A stretch of 64,000 nucleotides of DNA from Promethearchaeota archaeon (GCA_019058445.1 JAHPZA010000003.1:356919-420918); one strand, 5' to 3'. Counted from the stretch's first letter, positions 22,505-31,858 are shown. A program made the numbers and translations. Notes: a model not told the origin generated them from the sequence alone.

Positions 22505-23599
22505 TCACTTCATATAATCGACTTTCGCATTGTCAATAGGTTGTCTGTAGAAAACCAATTTATTGACAACTAATTTTGCATTTAGATTCTTGTTTTGAAT
22601 CGTTTCAAAAATATTAAATTTAATTTCGTCATCAGTAAAGATTAAATCAGGCGTTTTATACCGGATATAATCGATTATGTCAGTCAATGATACGGTGGTA
22701 GAAATTGAAGAAAATAAGTTCAATGCTTGTTCTATTTTCTCCAACAATAAAGGACTCATGTCAAATTTTTGTTTGACTTTTAATATTTTATCATGGAGCT
22801 CCTTGGCATTATTATCTTCAGAATTTATCTCCAACATATGATTTGATGCATCTAAGGCCCTTTTATAGGCTCTTGCTACTAAAAATGCGTTTGCCAATCT
22901 CTTCCATAATTTAAAGTCAACAATATTTTGATCAGTCATTTCTTTATATACTTTATTGAGATTGGAATATGGTAAATCATAAAGCCAATCGATTTTCAAT
23001 GATTCTGTAAATGACTTTATTGCTTTCCCATATTCTTTAGTTACAAAATACACATAACCAATATTATTATACACGATCTTGTTGCTTGGAACTAGTTTTA
23101 ACGCTTTTGAATATGCTGTAATGGCCTTATCATATTTTTCCATAAAGCGATAAGCCCTTCCCAGATCAATCCAATTTGCTGTATTAATTGGGTCAATTTC
23201 TAAAGCTTTTTTATAGACGCTGATCGCCGCCTTATAATCCTTTCTGTCAATATATATCTTGGTAATATTTACTAGTGGCATATCATAATTCGGGTCGATC
23301 TCTAAGGATTTTTTATACATTTCTATTGCATCTTCAATCTGATCTTTCATCTCCAAGGCATAACCTTTATTATTCAATGCGGTCTTATTATCTGGCTCGA
23401 TTTCAAGGGCAGTATTATAAAATTCAATCGCTTTATCATAATCCTCTAAATTTCTATAACACAGTCCAATGCAGATAAGAGCATCAATATTTTTTGGTTC
23501 AATTGTTAACGCTTTATTATAAGTATCAAGTGCTTTTTGATATCTCCCTTCATCAAAATAGAGATCTCCTTTTTCAATTAATTCTTTTGTAGATGCCAT
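22505..23599 (-). CDS. TPR-repeat protein
   Basis: Multiple 34-aa TPR repeats (AIEFYNTALEIEP, YKKSLEIDP). Confidence 0.92.
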   Translation of the reverse strand: MASTKELIEKGDLYFDEGRYQKALDTYNKALTIEPKNIDALICIGLCYRNLEDYDKAIEFYNTALEIEPDNKTALNNKGYALEMKDQIEDAIEMYKKSLEIDPNYDMPLVNITKIYIDRKDYKAAISVYKKALEIDPINTANWIDLGRAYRFMEKYDKAITAYSKALKLVPSNKIVYNNIGYVYFVTKEYGKAIKSFTESLKIDWLYDLPYSNLNKVYKEMTDQNIVDFKLWKRLANAFLVARAYKRALDASNHMLEINSEDNNAKELHDKILKVKQKFDMSPLLLEKIEQALNLFSSISTTVSLTDIIDYIRYKTPDLIFTDDEIKFNIFETIQNKNLNAKLVVNKLVFYRQPIDNAKVDYMK

Positions 23600-23913
23600 C
23601 TTATTTAGGATAATTAATCTTTTGATAAAAAATTTTTTATAAAGTTTATAAAATATTGTCTTTGAATCGCTGATATAATATTTCTACTAGATATTTATTA
23701 AAATATAGAAATAAATTGAAAAAGCCCTAGAAATTGTTGAAAAATACAAAATATAGGTTGACGCCAAACTTTTTCTGATACTACGTCGAAAAAGCATATT
23801 CTTTCATAACATAACACAACGTTTTACATATGTTTTCCTACACAAAACATAAGTTTCGAATACTGTTTGGCTCAATCATCGCTATTAAATTATTAAAAAA
23901 AAAACATAAATTT

Positions 23914-24693
23914 TTAGTCCCCATACATCTTTTTTATGGCTTCTAAAAACTTTAATTGAGTATTTAGTACATGTTTTCCATCTAAACCAGCATTATCATA
24001 GTACTTTATTAATCGGTCTGCTGTTTCTTCAACATTTTTCATAGCTGTAAAATAACTTGCAGATTTCTTATAATAAAATTTATTCTTTTGCTCAGAAAAT
24101 TCAATATTGCTACTAAACGAATATTTCTTTCTGCCTTTTACCATATAAATTGTTGGTGAACTTTTCAATAAATCCATTACCGCATATGGTTTTGCACCGT
24201 ATCCGAGAACATTAGTTAAATGGATATCATTTCTTATTTTAGATAACCATAGTTTACCCATGTGCCATCTATCTTCCCAAATACGCTTAAATCTATGATA
24301 AACCAATCCACGATAACCATTCCAATTAATAAGCAAATGAAAATGAGGTCTATTATGTTTTCTTCCTTCTTCATACTTCCAAAAATATTTCAATTTATAA
24401 CTAAAACCCCTATTTTTGAAACTATCATTTATTTGAGAACACATTTGTCCAATCCATTTTCCAGAAATGCCAATTTCACCGATTCGATCCAATTCCTTTA
24501 AAGACTTTAAGGTTGTTTCTTCAAAAGTACATGTTATATGATAAGTCCATTTCACATTAGACCTTAAAAGCTTTTGTCTTAACTTAGAATATCCTTTATC
24601 ATGCTTAAGATTTGTAACAACCATATAGAAGCCATAAGGATTCCATAACAATCGTACTGGTTTATAAGTTTTTAAATCTTTCATATGATTCAC
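23914..24693 (-). CDS. rep: HUH-superfamily rolling-circle replication initiator
   Basis: Motif I HITCTF, motif II YFWKYEEG..RPHFHLLIN, motif III GYGAK (YxxK); no helicase domain. Confidence 0.85.
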   Translation of the reverse strand: MNHMKDLKTYKPVRLLWNPYGFYMVVTNLKHDKGYSKLRQKLLRSNVKWTYHITCTFEETTLKSLKELDRIGEIGISGKWIGQMCSQINDSFKNRGFSYKLKYFWKYEEGRKHNRPHFHLLINWNGYRGLVYHRFKRIWEDRWHMGKLWLSKIRNDIHLTNVLGYGAKPYAVMDLLKSSPTIYMVKGRKKYSFSSNIEFSEQKNKFYYKKSASYFTAMKNVEETADRLIKYYDNAGLDGKHVLNTQLKFLEAIKKMYGD

Positions 24694-24813
24694 TTTAGAG
24701 TATCAAAAATACATATTCTATTAACAAAATTGAAAGAATCTTACAAATCTGCTAATAGTGTTAAGGTATAAAAAAAAAATTTGAATTTTTATTTATAAAT
24801 TACTCCAGAAATT

Positions 24814-25017
24814 TCATACCCATACTTCAATTACTTTCATAAGTGCACTGACTGCTGGAATCATAGATGCTACTATACTCGTAATTTTTAAAGCAGTTTT
24901 AGTTAATATTTGCAACCTATATGCTTTATATCTATAGTCATCATTTTGAAATATACTTATTTCGCTTGTAAGCAATTCAGATTTTAATTCACGTGTACTT
25001 TTCTTATCAGTCATCAT
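24814..25017 (-). CDS. Small element protein with hydrophobic C-terminus
   Basis: SD GAGGTG; ITSIVASMIPAVSALMKVIEVWV tail; overlaps the upstream stop. Confidence 0.6.
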   Translation of the reverse strand: MMTDKKSTRELKSELLTSEISIFQNDDYRYKAYRLQILTKTALKITSIVASMIPAVSALMKVIEVWV

Positions 25018-25174
25018 TTAGCACCTCGTATTCACAATACATATTACAAATAGGACACCGAGAATTTCTAATTACTTTACCATTTAAAATTATAGGTACA
25101 TCAATAGTTAAATAACGACTTTTACAATTTAAGCATTCAACAGTGCGTAAAACCCTATTTTCTTTTGAATCCAA
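25007..25174 (-). CDS. Zinc-ribbon microprotein (55 aa, TTG start)
   Basis: MDSKENRVLRTVECLNC...RCPIC; C-terminal part of the track's 167-aa ORF. Confidence 0.6.
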   Translation of the reverse strand: MDSKENRVLRTVECLNCKSRYLTIDVPIILNGKVIRNSRCPICNMYCEYEVLNDD

Positions 25175-25424
25175 TCCAGAGCCTTTTAGACCCACATTTA
25201 GGGCACTTAACATCAAGATAACCATTAGCGCCGCAATCATGACATTCAATTTTATAACCTTCACCAGATTTAGGAATTGATTGTTTAATAGCATTAATTT
25301 TAGGGTAAATCCATTTTTGGCAATAATAATTCTTAAGATGCCAAGATTTGAACAGATTGCAATAAATACTGTCACCATCACGTTTGTTACCGTAACTACA
25401 AGTTTCGCATTCTTTTTTAGCAAT
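25155..25424 (-). CDS. Double zinc-finger protein (89 aa, ATT start; absent from ORF track)
   Basis: Manual translation IAKKECETC..YCNLF..YYCQKW..IECHDC..KCPKCGSKRLWIGFKRK; SD GGGTGA 6 nt upstream. Confidence 0.7.
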   Translation of the reverse strand: MAKKECETCSYGNKRDGDSIYCNLFKSWHLKNYYCQKWIYPKINAIKQSIPKSGEGYKIECHDCGANGYLDVKCPKCGSKRLWIGFKRK

Positions 25425-25430
25425 AGTAAA

Positions 25431-25673
25431 TCACCCTTTTTTTCCCTTATTGGAATCGAGTTTGCCAACTGTATATTTTCTATGTGCCCATTGTAGCATT
25501 CTAAAAACAATCATTTCTTTATTACGGTTATCAGTAATTACATTATAATCTCTTTCCCATACTGCACTATAAGGTATAGCAAATTTAAATTTTTTACCGA
25601 ATTTAATATAAAAAGCATTTCCGCTTTCAGTATCACCGAGAAATTCATAAACGTAGTAATTTAAAACAGCCAT
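25431..25673 (-). CDS. Hypothetical element protein (80 aa, beta-rich, basic tail)
   Basis: SD AAGGTGA 7 nt before ATG. Confidence 0.7.
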   Translation of the reverse strand: MAVLNYYVYEFLGDTESGNAFYIKFGKKFKFAIPYSAVWERDYNVITDNRNKEMIVFRMLQWAHRKYTVGKLDSNKGKKG

Positions 25674-25689
25674 TTTTATATCACCTTAA

Positions 25690-25878
25690 CTACGTTGGAA
25701 CATTGATAATATTTAGCTTATTGCTACAATTATTACATTCAAAAGTAGAATTTGATACTTTAGTTATAGTAGTAATTTTACCGCATACGCAACATTTCCA
25801 ATCAAAAGGTTCTTTATTTTCATTTGGAGTCCACTTATAAGTTTGAACTAAAGTTTCCGCATTAAATTTAAAAGGCAT
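25690..25878 (-). CDS. Zinc-ribbon microprotein (62 aa)
   Basis: WKCCVCG...FECNNC; SD GGTGA 8 nt before ATG at 25878. Confidence 0.7.
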   Translation of the reverse strand: MPFKFNAETLVQTYKWTPNENKEPFDWKCCVCGKITTITKVSNSTFECNNCSNKLNIINVPT

Positions 25879-25882
25879 TTGA

Positions 25883-26503
25883 TTAATCACCTTGTTTTGC
25901 ATATATATGTTCCACTATAAAATCCATAAGTTCAGGTTTATTAATTTGTTTCCAATCAATTTCAATTTCTGCTAAAGCTTTTACGTTAGTAGTAAATCCC
26001 GTTGTTGATACATTAGTATTAGCATCGCTAAATATTAATAATGTAATTTTGTCGTATAATATAACAGCACCTTCGAAATCCCAATGTCCAGTTTGTACTT
26101 CAATGTTAACGCCATATTCTGGAGCTGTGCCAACAAATAATTGAAAATCCGCATGAGACCATAGTAACATATCATCTTTTGCATTATCATCTGCTAATAA
26201 AGTTGCCAAATTAGCAAAAGCATTACCAGTATATTCGCCATTCATTAATATAGCATCTACTCCTACACCACTTAAACCTGAAGCTAACATATTTGTTAAT
26301 ATATTTGCATCCCACCAAAAGCCAACTTTGCCACCAAGTAAATAAGGTAAACGCTTAATATCAGATGTTAAAACAAGAGATTTTTCAAAAAGTTCTTCTT
26401 GTTCCTCAGATGCTTCATAAGCAGAGCCTACAGTAATAGTACCTTGAGAAACATTTATATGATAAATATGAGTAAGTTCCTTATTAACTTTCATACGCAT
26501 CAC
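25883..26503 (-). CDS. Candidate major capsid/structural protein of the element
   Basis: About 205 aa, amphipathic beta-strand pattern, G/A/T/N-rich, largest non-Rep gene, first in the operon; function inferred from context only. Confidence 0.5.
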   Translation of the reverse strand: MMRMKVNKELTHIYHINVSQGTITVGSAYEASEEQEELFEKSLVLTSDIKRLPYLLGGKVGFWWDANILTNMLASGLSGVGVDAILMNGEYTGNAFANLATLLADDNAKDDMLLWSHADFQLFVGTAPEYGVNIEVQTGHWDFEGAVILYDKITLLIFSDANTNVSTTGFTTNVKALAEIEIDWKQINKPELMDFIVEHIYAKQGD

Positions 26504-26611
26504 CCGAACATTAATAACGCCGCCACCCTCTTAACCCACCTTTTACGTATAATTTTTATTTTACGAAAAATGAGTTATCGAAGTTGATAATTTTATGCTT
26601 AACGTAGTTTA

Positions 26612-26651
26612 GAAAGCTCCAGCGATTCTTTCTCGCTGATAAAGAGCTTTC
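26612..26651. other. Two-stem hairpin, candidate rolling-circle origin
   Basis: GAAAGCTC/GAGCTTTC outer stem and CAGCGA/TCGCTG inner stem with loop TTCTTTC. Confidence 0.5.
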
Positions 26652-26714
26652 GATGGTAGAAAAGTTTATATGTGAAAATATTTGTATCATAATTAACTTA
26701 AATTTTTTATAAAA

Positions 26715-26738
26715 TTCGTGAAATAAAAATTTCACGAA
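26715..26738. repeat. Perfect 10-bp inverted repeat
   Basis: TTCGTGAAAT-AAAA-ATTTCACGAA. Confidence 0.8.
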
Positions 26739-26977
26739 CTAAGTTAAACATTTTTTTTTTTTTTCATTCATTTAAATTACGAAATTCATATAAATTTAGG
26801 ACATGTACCCAAATATATAACATTAATAATGTATTACATAAGTTGCAGTACTATACATATATAATGATAAAATATTGAGGTTCTTCTTTATTATTCTAGA
26901 ATTTTTAAACATTAATTATAAAAAAGTAATTAAAGTCTATATTTAATGAATAACTGAATAATTAGAAAGGGATCATA

Positions 26978-27367
26978 ATGAAACAAAACACCCATCTTGA
27001 AATCAATAATCGTCTTAGTGGAGAAATTCTTAACCTTAATCAGAATTACAGTAAGGTTCAACTTCACACTCTTTCTGAGATGAGAGTTGATAAAAAGGGA
27101 TTAATTCACGGAGGATTTATTTTTAGCTTGGCAGATTTCGCCGCGATGGTTGCCATTAATCATCCGAACGTAGTATTGGGTGGTGCAAACGTAAGATTTC
27201 TGAAACCTGTGAGAGAGGGAGATATTTTAATAGCGGAAGCCCAACTCTCCAAAAAGGAAGGTAAAAAGTCAATTGTAGATGTAGAAATTAAATGTTCCAA
27301 TGAAATTGTCTTTAATGGAGAATTCATTTGCTTCACTCCAGATACTTATATTTTAGGAGATGATTAA
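26978..27367 (+). CDS. PaaI-family hotdog thioesterase
   Basis: IHGGFIFSLAD and VRFLKPV motifs. Confidence 0.9.
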   Translation: MKQNTHLEINNRLSGEILNLNQNYSKVQLHTLSEMRVDKKGLIHGGFIFSLADFAAMVAINHPNVVLGGANVRFLKPVREGDILIAEAQLSKKEGKKSIVDVEIKCSNEIVFNGEFICFTPDTYILGDD

Positions 27368-27370
27368 AAA

Positions 27371-29104
27371 ATGGACGGTGGAGAGATAACTGCTCAGGTT
27401 TTAAAAAAACAAGGAGTTAATTTTATTTTTACGTTAAGTGGTGGTCATATATCCCCAATTTTAGTTGGGGCTAAGAAACAAGGAATTCGAGTTATCGATG
27501 TCAGGCAAGAGTCGACTGCAGTATATGCAGCAGATGCTATTGGGCGGTTAACGGGAATTCCCGGAGTTGCAGCAGTGACAGCGGGTCCAGGAATCACAAA
27601 CTCTATCACTGCGATAAAAAATGCTCAAATGGCAAATTCACCACTTATTCTTCTAGGGGGCGCCGCAGCAACTATTCTTAAAGGGAGAGGAGCTCTTCAA
27701 GATATTGAACAAATAAAACTGTTTAAAACATTAGTAAAATGGGCAACGACAATTAAAAGATATTGCGACATTATTCCTACAATCGAGGAGGCATTTGATG
27801 TTGCAAAATCGGGTATACCTGGTCCTGTGTTTGTAGAATGTCCAATTGATTTACTTTATGATGAGGCTCTTGTCCGAAAATGGTATGGCGAATATATGGG
27901 AGATGCTAAAACTAAAGAGGACAAAGCAATTAGTTTATACCTCCGTACACATGTCGATAAACTCTTTGCTTGTTCCAATGAAAATATGAGTTTTTCGGAT
28001 CCAAAGGCGACAGTCCCCTATTCAATAGATCAGAAGCAACTTTCCCAGACTATTTCATATTTACAATCATCAAAAACACCTATTTTAGTATTAGGAAGCC
28101 AGGTGATGTTTCGAACTATAGAAGTAAATAACTTAGCAGAAGCGATTGAAAAGCTGAAAATTCCAGTTTATTTGAGCGGGATGGCAAGAGGGTTACTTGG
28201 TGATGTTAATCCATTAAATCTGAGGCATAAACGAAGTGCTGCTCTTAAAAAAGCTGATCTAATCATTTTAGCAGGTATTGAATTAGATTTTCGTCTGAAT
28301 TATGGAAGAGCACTGAATCCTGAAGCAATCTATATATCTATAAATCGCAGTGCTGAGTCTTTAAAAAAAAATTTAAAACCTTCTTTAGGGATCCAAGCAG
28401 ATCCATCTGGTTTTCTCATTGAGTTATCTAGAAAATTTGAGAGTGAAAAACTGACTTGGGATGAATGGATGAATGAATTATATGATCGAGAAAAACTAAG
28501 AGAACGCGAAATTCAGCAATTTGCAGATTTAAAGACAGAGCATATTAATCCCTTATTATTATGCAGGGAAATAAACAAGGCACTTGATGAAGATAGCATT
28601 ATCATTGGTGATGGAGGTGACTTCGTAGCCACAGCATCTTATTTAGTCAAACCAAAGGAACCTTTATCTTGGCTAGACCCTGGGCCTTTTGGTACTCTTG
28701 GAGTCGGTGCGGGATTTGCTCTCGCAGCTAAGCTTGTTCGTCCCGAGAGTGAAGTATGGTTAATATATGGCGATGGTGCTGCGGGGTATAGCATCGTTGA
28801 GTTCGATACTTTCGTCCGTCATGATGTCCCAATTATTGCTGTCATAGGGAATGATGCGGGGTGGACACAAATTAGTCGTGAACAGGTCGAATATTTAAAG
28901 GATGATGTGGGAACGGTCTTGACTTACAATGATTACCATCTTGTCGCAGAAGGCTATGGAGGCAAAGGTCTCTTTTTAGATAGCAAGAAAAAGATTGAGG
29001 AAACCTTACATAATGCTAAAAAAATAGCGAAGTGTGGCAGTCCAGTGCTCATTAACGCATTAATAGGAAAAACTGACTTCAGAAAAGGATCCATATCTAT
29101 GTAG
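27371..29104 (+). CDS. TPP-dependent enzyme (acetolactate synthase-like / 2-hydroxyacyl-CoA lyase family)
   Basis: [24 protein letters not shown] and GDGAAG..GND motifs. Confidence 0.9.
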   Translation: MDGGEITAQVLKKQGVNFIFTLSGGHISPILVGAKKQGIRVIDVRQESTAVYAADAIGRLTGIPGVAAVTAGPGITNSITAIKNAQMANSPLILLGGAAATILKGRGALQDIEQIKLFKTLVKWATTIKRYCDIIPTIEEAFDVAKSGIPGPVFVECPIDLLYDEALVRKWYGEYMGDAKTKEDKAISLYLRTHVDKLFACSNENMSFSDPKATVPYSIDQKQLSQTISYLQSSKTPILVLGSQVMFRTIEVNNLAEAIEKLKIPVYLSGMARGLLGDVNPLNLRHKRSAALKKADLIILAGIELDFRLNYGRALNPEAIYISINRSAESLKKNLKPSLGIQADPSGFLIELSRKFESEKLTWDEWMNELYDREKLREREIQQFADLKTEHINPLLLCREINKALDEDSIIIGDGGDFVATASYLVKPKEPLSWLDPGPFGTLGVGAGFALAAKLVRPESEVWLIYGDGAAGYSIVEFDTFVRHDVPIIAVIGNDAGWTQISREQVEYLKDDVGTVLTYNDYHLVAEGYGGKGLFLDSKKKIEETLHNAKKIAKCGSPVLINALIGKTDFRKGSISM

Positions 29105-29132
29105 TGGCATTTATTTGTGAGAATGATTCTAT

Positions 29133-29261
29133 ATGACTGATGAAGAGTTAAAAAAAGAAGTTGAACAAATTAAGCAAATGAAACAAGAAATTCCTCATGA
29201 TTACAACAAGCTAGATAAATCATATTCACGCAATATGATTAGGAATCAATCTTTTTTCTAA
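29133..29261 (+). CDS. Small hypothetical protein (42 aa)
   Basis: MTDEELKKEVEQIKQMKQEIPHDY...; fills the intergenic gap downstream of the TPP gene. Confidence 0.4.
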   Translation: MTDEELKKEVEQIKQMKQEIPHDYNKLDKSYSRNMIRNQSFF

Positions 29262-29305
29262 TTGTAATAGTTTTTTTACTTCTTTTTATGTTTGGACTCT
29301 AGATT

Positions 29306-30211
29306 TCATTCGATTTGTAGACTAAAAAAATTTATTGCATTTTCAATAGTTTTTACGCTCACAACTTTTTGAGAGATATTGTGTGTATATGCTATAGCGG
29401 CTATGGCATATCTTACATTTGAAGGCACATTAATAGGGCCTCTTTTATAAGGGTGTTGATAATAAGAATCTGTTTCAGTTACTAATGAGCTTAAAGGGGA
29501 ATGCTTTGAAACTTTCTGCCATCTGTCAAAACCATAAGCAGAACTAGGTACCGAGAGTAAAAAACCTTGATTTGATAAGATTCTTCCATATTCCTCAGGA
29601 CCAGAAAAACAATGCCACATAACTTTTTTTGTATTTATCTTATATTCATTGAGAATTTTAAGTATCTCCTTATTTACACCATCTCTATTATTAAACCTAT
29701 GTTTTGGATATTGTATATCTATTTCATGTTTTGCTGCATTTCTCACATGTAGAACATAAGGTTTATCTAAATCTTTTGTTGACTCCAGAATTTTCTTAAA
29801 GATTTCAATTTGTCGATTTCGTTTTTCTAATGTTTTAGCATGGTGAAAGTCCAGACCTATTTCGCCAATAGCCAGGTATTTTTCTGAATTATTTTTGAGA
29901 TAATCAATCCATTTTTTCCATTCTTCATCGTGTTTCTTTTGTGGAGTATAGGTAACAGTTTGAGGAGCCCATCCACAACTCAAACCGAAATTCTGTTTGA
30001 CTTCTTCCATAAATTTAAGAGTTAATTTTAAAGTCATCATATCAATAGTGCTTGTGATTATATATTTACCTCCCCTTTTAAAAAAATTTGAATATTGTTC
30101 TATATCTGATGGGAGTTTATCATTTTTAGGACGGGGAAATGGTAAATGACAATGAACATCAATAAACTTAAGTCCATTCTCAGGTTCTGGAATTTTAATC
30201 TTTTTCGACAT
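29306..30211 (-). CDS. tatD: TatD-family hydrolase/DNase
   Basis: IDVHCHL, AIGEIGLD, LHVR, WHCFSG and TETD motifs. Confidence 0.9.
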   Translation of the reverse strand: MSKKIKIPEPENGLKFIDVHCHLPFPRPKNDKLPSDIEQYSNFFKRGGKYIITSTIDMMTLKLTLKFMEEVKQNFGLSCGWAPQTVTYTPQKKHDEEWKKWIDYLKNNSEKYLAIGEIGLDFHHAKTLEKRNRQIEIFKKILESTKDLDKPYVLHVRNAAKHEIDIQYPKHRFNNRDGVNKEILKILNEYKINTKKVMWHCFSGPEEYGRILSNQGFLLSVPSSAYGFDRWQKVSKHSPLSSLVTETDSYYQHPYKRGPINVPSNVRYAIAAIAYTHNISQKVVSVKTIENAINFFSLQIE

Positions 30212-30265
30212 GCTATATCACAAAATTATTTCTATGATATAATTTTTATTTAACTTAGAGTAATA

Positions 30266-30925
30266 ATGGAAAAAATTGAGGAAGAATATAAAAAAATTAT
30301 TGAGACTTTTCCAAACGCTTCGATCGTCAATAATCTTATTTATTGCATTCAGATTCCCCTAATTAACGATGTATATTTAAATATAGATTTCAAAAAATAT
30401 CCTAAGAAACCCAAGGTTATTTTAACAAAATCTAATGGGGAAATCTATAAAAATTTAATAATAGGTACATTAAAGAATTGGAAAAAAAAGAACGCAATTT
30501 CGATTGTCGATCTAATTAAGGAAATACAAAATTTTGCCGTAAGGATGCAAACAAATAAAGTTTTAATAAAAAAAGGATTATTAGAAGGTCTTTTAGCATT
30601 AAGCAGAGATCAACATCCAAAAGAGATTTTATGTCTTTTGAGAATTCATGAGGGAATAGTAAATGAATTTATTTTACCTCCTGGTGCAGTGACTTCTGTT
30701 AGTTCTGGAATATTCTTCTCCAGTCGTATTCCATTTGATTCATCAATCGAAGGAACTGCTCATTCTCATCCATCAGGAAATTTATATCCCTCTATGGGTG
30801 ATTTAAGAGGGGTATTTCAAAAAAAAAAAATCCATTTTATTATTGGATATCCATATAGTAACTTTTCTAATGTAAAATGTTTTGATAGGCACGGAAATGA
30901 AATTCCATTCCAGATTGTTAAATAA
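30266..30925 (+). CDS. UBC/RWD-like domain fused to JAB/MPN+ isopeptidase
   Basis: N-terminal IDFKKYPKKPKV; C-terminal HPKE...HSHPSGNLYPSMGD JAMM motif. Confidence 0.75.
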   Translation: MEKIEEEYKKIIETFPNASIVNNLIYCIQIPLINDVYLNIDFKKYPKKPKVILTKSNGEIYKNLIIGTLKNWKKKNAISIVDLIKEIQNFAVRMQTNKVLIKKGLLEGLLALSRDQHPKEILCLLRIHEGIVNEFILPPGAVTSVSSGIFFSSRIPFDSSIEGTAHSHPSGNLYPSMGDLRGVFQKKKIHFIIGYPYSNFSNVKCFDRHGNEIPFQIVK

Positions 30926-31051
30926 ATGACAATATATCATAAATTCTTCGATAATTTATTCTAATGTTTAATATGTGGATATTACTGCATTAAATATTTA
31001 GTTTTATGTGATTTGAGTTTATCTTTATGAGAACTTTTACTTTCGTAGAAA

Positions 31052-31192
31052 ATGGAATTAATAGAAGAAGAGACTGAAATTTATAATTCTAAAATGCGCC
31101 TTTTAATGTGGCTCTATGATGAATTAAAGCTAAATCCTGAAATGAAAGATGAGTTAAATATTAAAGGTCAGATGTTACCTCTCAATGCTTAA
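31052..31192 (+). CDS. Small hypothetical protein (46 aa)
   Basis: MELIEEETEIYNSKMRLLMWLYDELKLNPE... Confidence 0.35.
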   Translation: MELIEEETEIYNSKMRLLMWLYDELKLNPEMKDELNIKGQMLPLNA

Positions 31193-31279
31193 CATATTTG
31201 TACTTAATGAGTAGGATATACTTCTTTCTATGAGGTTTTAAAAAAGATTTATCTGCATTAAAATAAATAAGGGTAAATT

Positions 31280-31858
31280 TTATATTTCCAAAGGAGTCGT
31301 TTTTTCTAATACAGCTAACTCTTTCTCTAGTGCTTTAATTTCACCTTGAATTTTTTTAATATCAGGTTTTTTTTCAGATGCAATTTCTTTTAATTTACCT
31401 CTTAGTGCTTTATTTTTTTCTTTATTTATATTTTTGACCTGTTTAGTAAGAGATTTTACTGCTTTTTTTAATTCTTTATACTTAAGTTTCCATTCCTCGA
31501 AATTAGCGGTAGCTTCACCTATTCTGGATTTTTCTGATTCTAACATAGCTTCAAGATCTTCAATTTTTTGAGTATCAACATTCTCAGCTTCTTTTTCTGC
31601 TTTAATCTCTTTTATCAGAGTCTTGATTGACTTTTTAATTTTCTTCTCAACTATTTTTGAATCCTCATACTGTTCCGCAATGCTATCTAAATTCTTTTGT
31701 TCTTCTGTTAATTTGGATTCTAATTCCGAAATTTGGGGACCATACTCTTCCTCTAATTCATTTTCAACCTTAGACTTTTCAATTGTAGCCTCATTTTCTA
31801 ACTTCTTTATTTGTTCTTCCTTTTCTTTAATTTGGTTTCTAATCTCATTTTCTGCCAT
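31280..31858 (-). CDS. Coiled-coil protein
   Basis: E/K-rich heptads; paralog of the adjacent gene. Confidence 0.75.
   Translation of the reverse strand: MAENEIRNQIKEKEEQIKKLENEATIEKSKVENELEEEYGPQISELESKLTEEQKNLDSIAEQYEDSKIVEKKIKKSIKTLIKEIKAEKEAENVDTQKIEDLEAMLESEKSRIGEATANFEEWKLKYKELKKAVKSLTKQVKNINKEKNKALRGKLKEIASEKKPDIKKIQGEIKALEKELAVLEKTTPLEI

Larger units (their letters stand above)
23806..26844 (-). mobile_element. Putative integrated small rolling-circle element (ssDNA virus or plasmid), about 3 kb; boundaries approximate
   Basis: HUH Rep plus six tightly packed co-oriented small ORFs not resembling host metabolic genes, hairpin-rich intergenic region, degenerate terminal direct repeat. 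Confidence 0.8.

Noticed and set aside
25431-25433. Selenocysteine read-through at the in-frame TGA
   Set aside because: TGA is part of the GGGTGA SD, lies in a Lys-rich linker rather than a redox motif, and no SECIS was recognised
25007-25510. 167-aa ORF from the track as one real protein
   Set aside because: Its N-terminal two-thirds overlaps the 80-aa ORF and a more convincing Cys-motif frame; only the last 55 aa look genuine
26612-26651. Hammerhead ribozyme (CTGATA and GAAA present)
   Set aside because: Core is not CUGANGA and the stem order does not fit
26556-26690. 44-aa minus-strand ORF upstream of the capsid candidate
   Set aside because: No SD or motif, and it overlaps the hairpin region; cannot be supported
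26829-26837. CRESS-type nonanucleotide ATGTATTAC
   Set aside because: Deviates from NANTATTAC, is not in the loop of a strong stem, and Rep lacks the SF3 helicase
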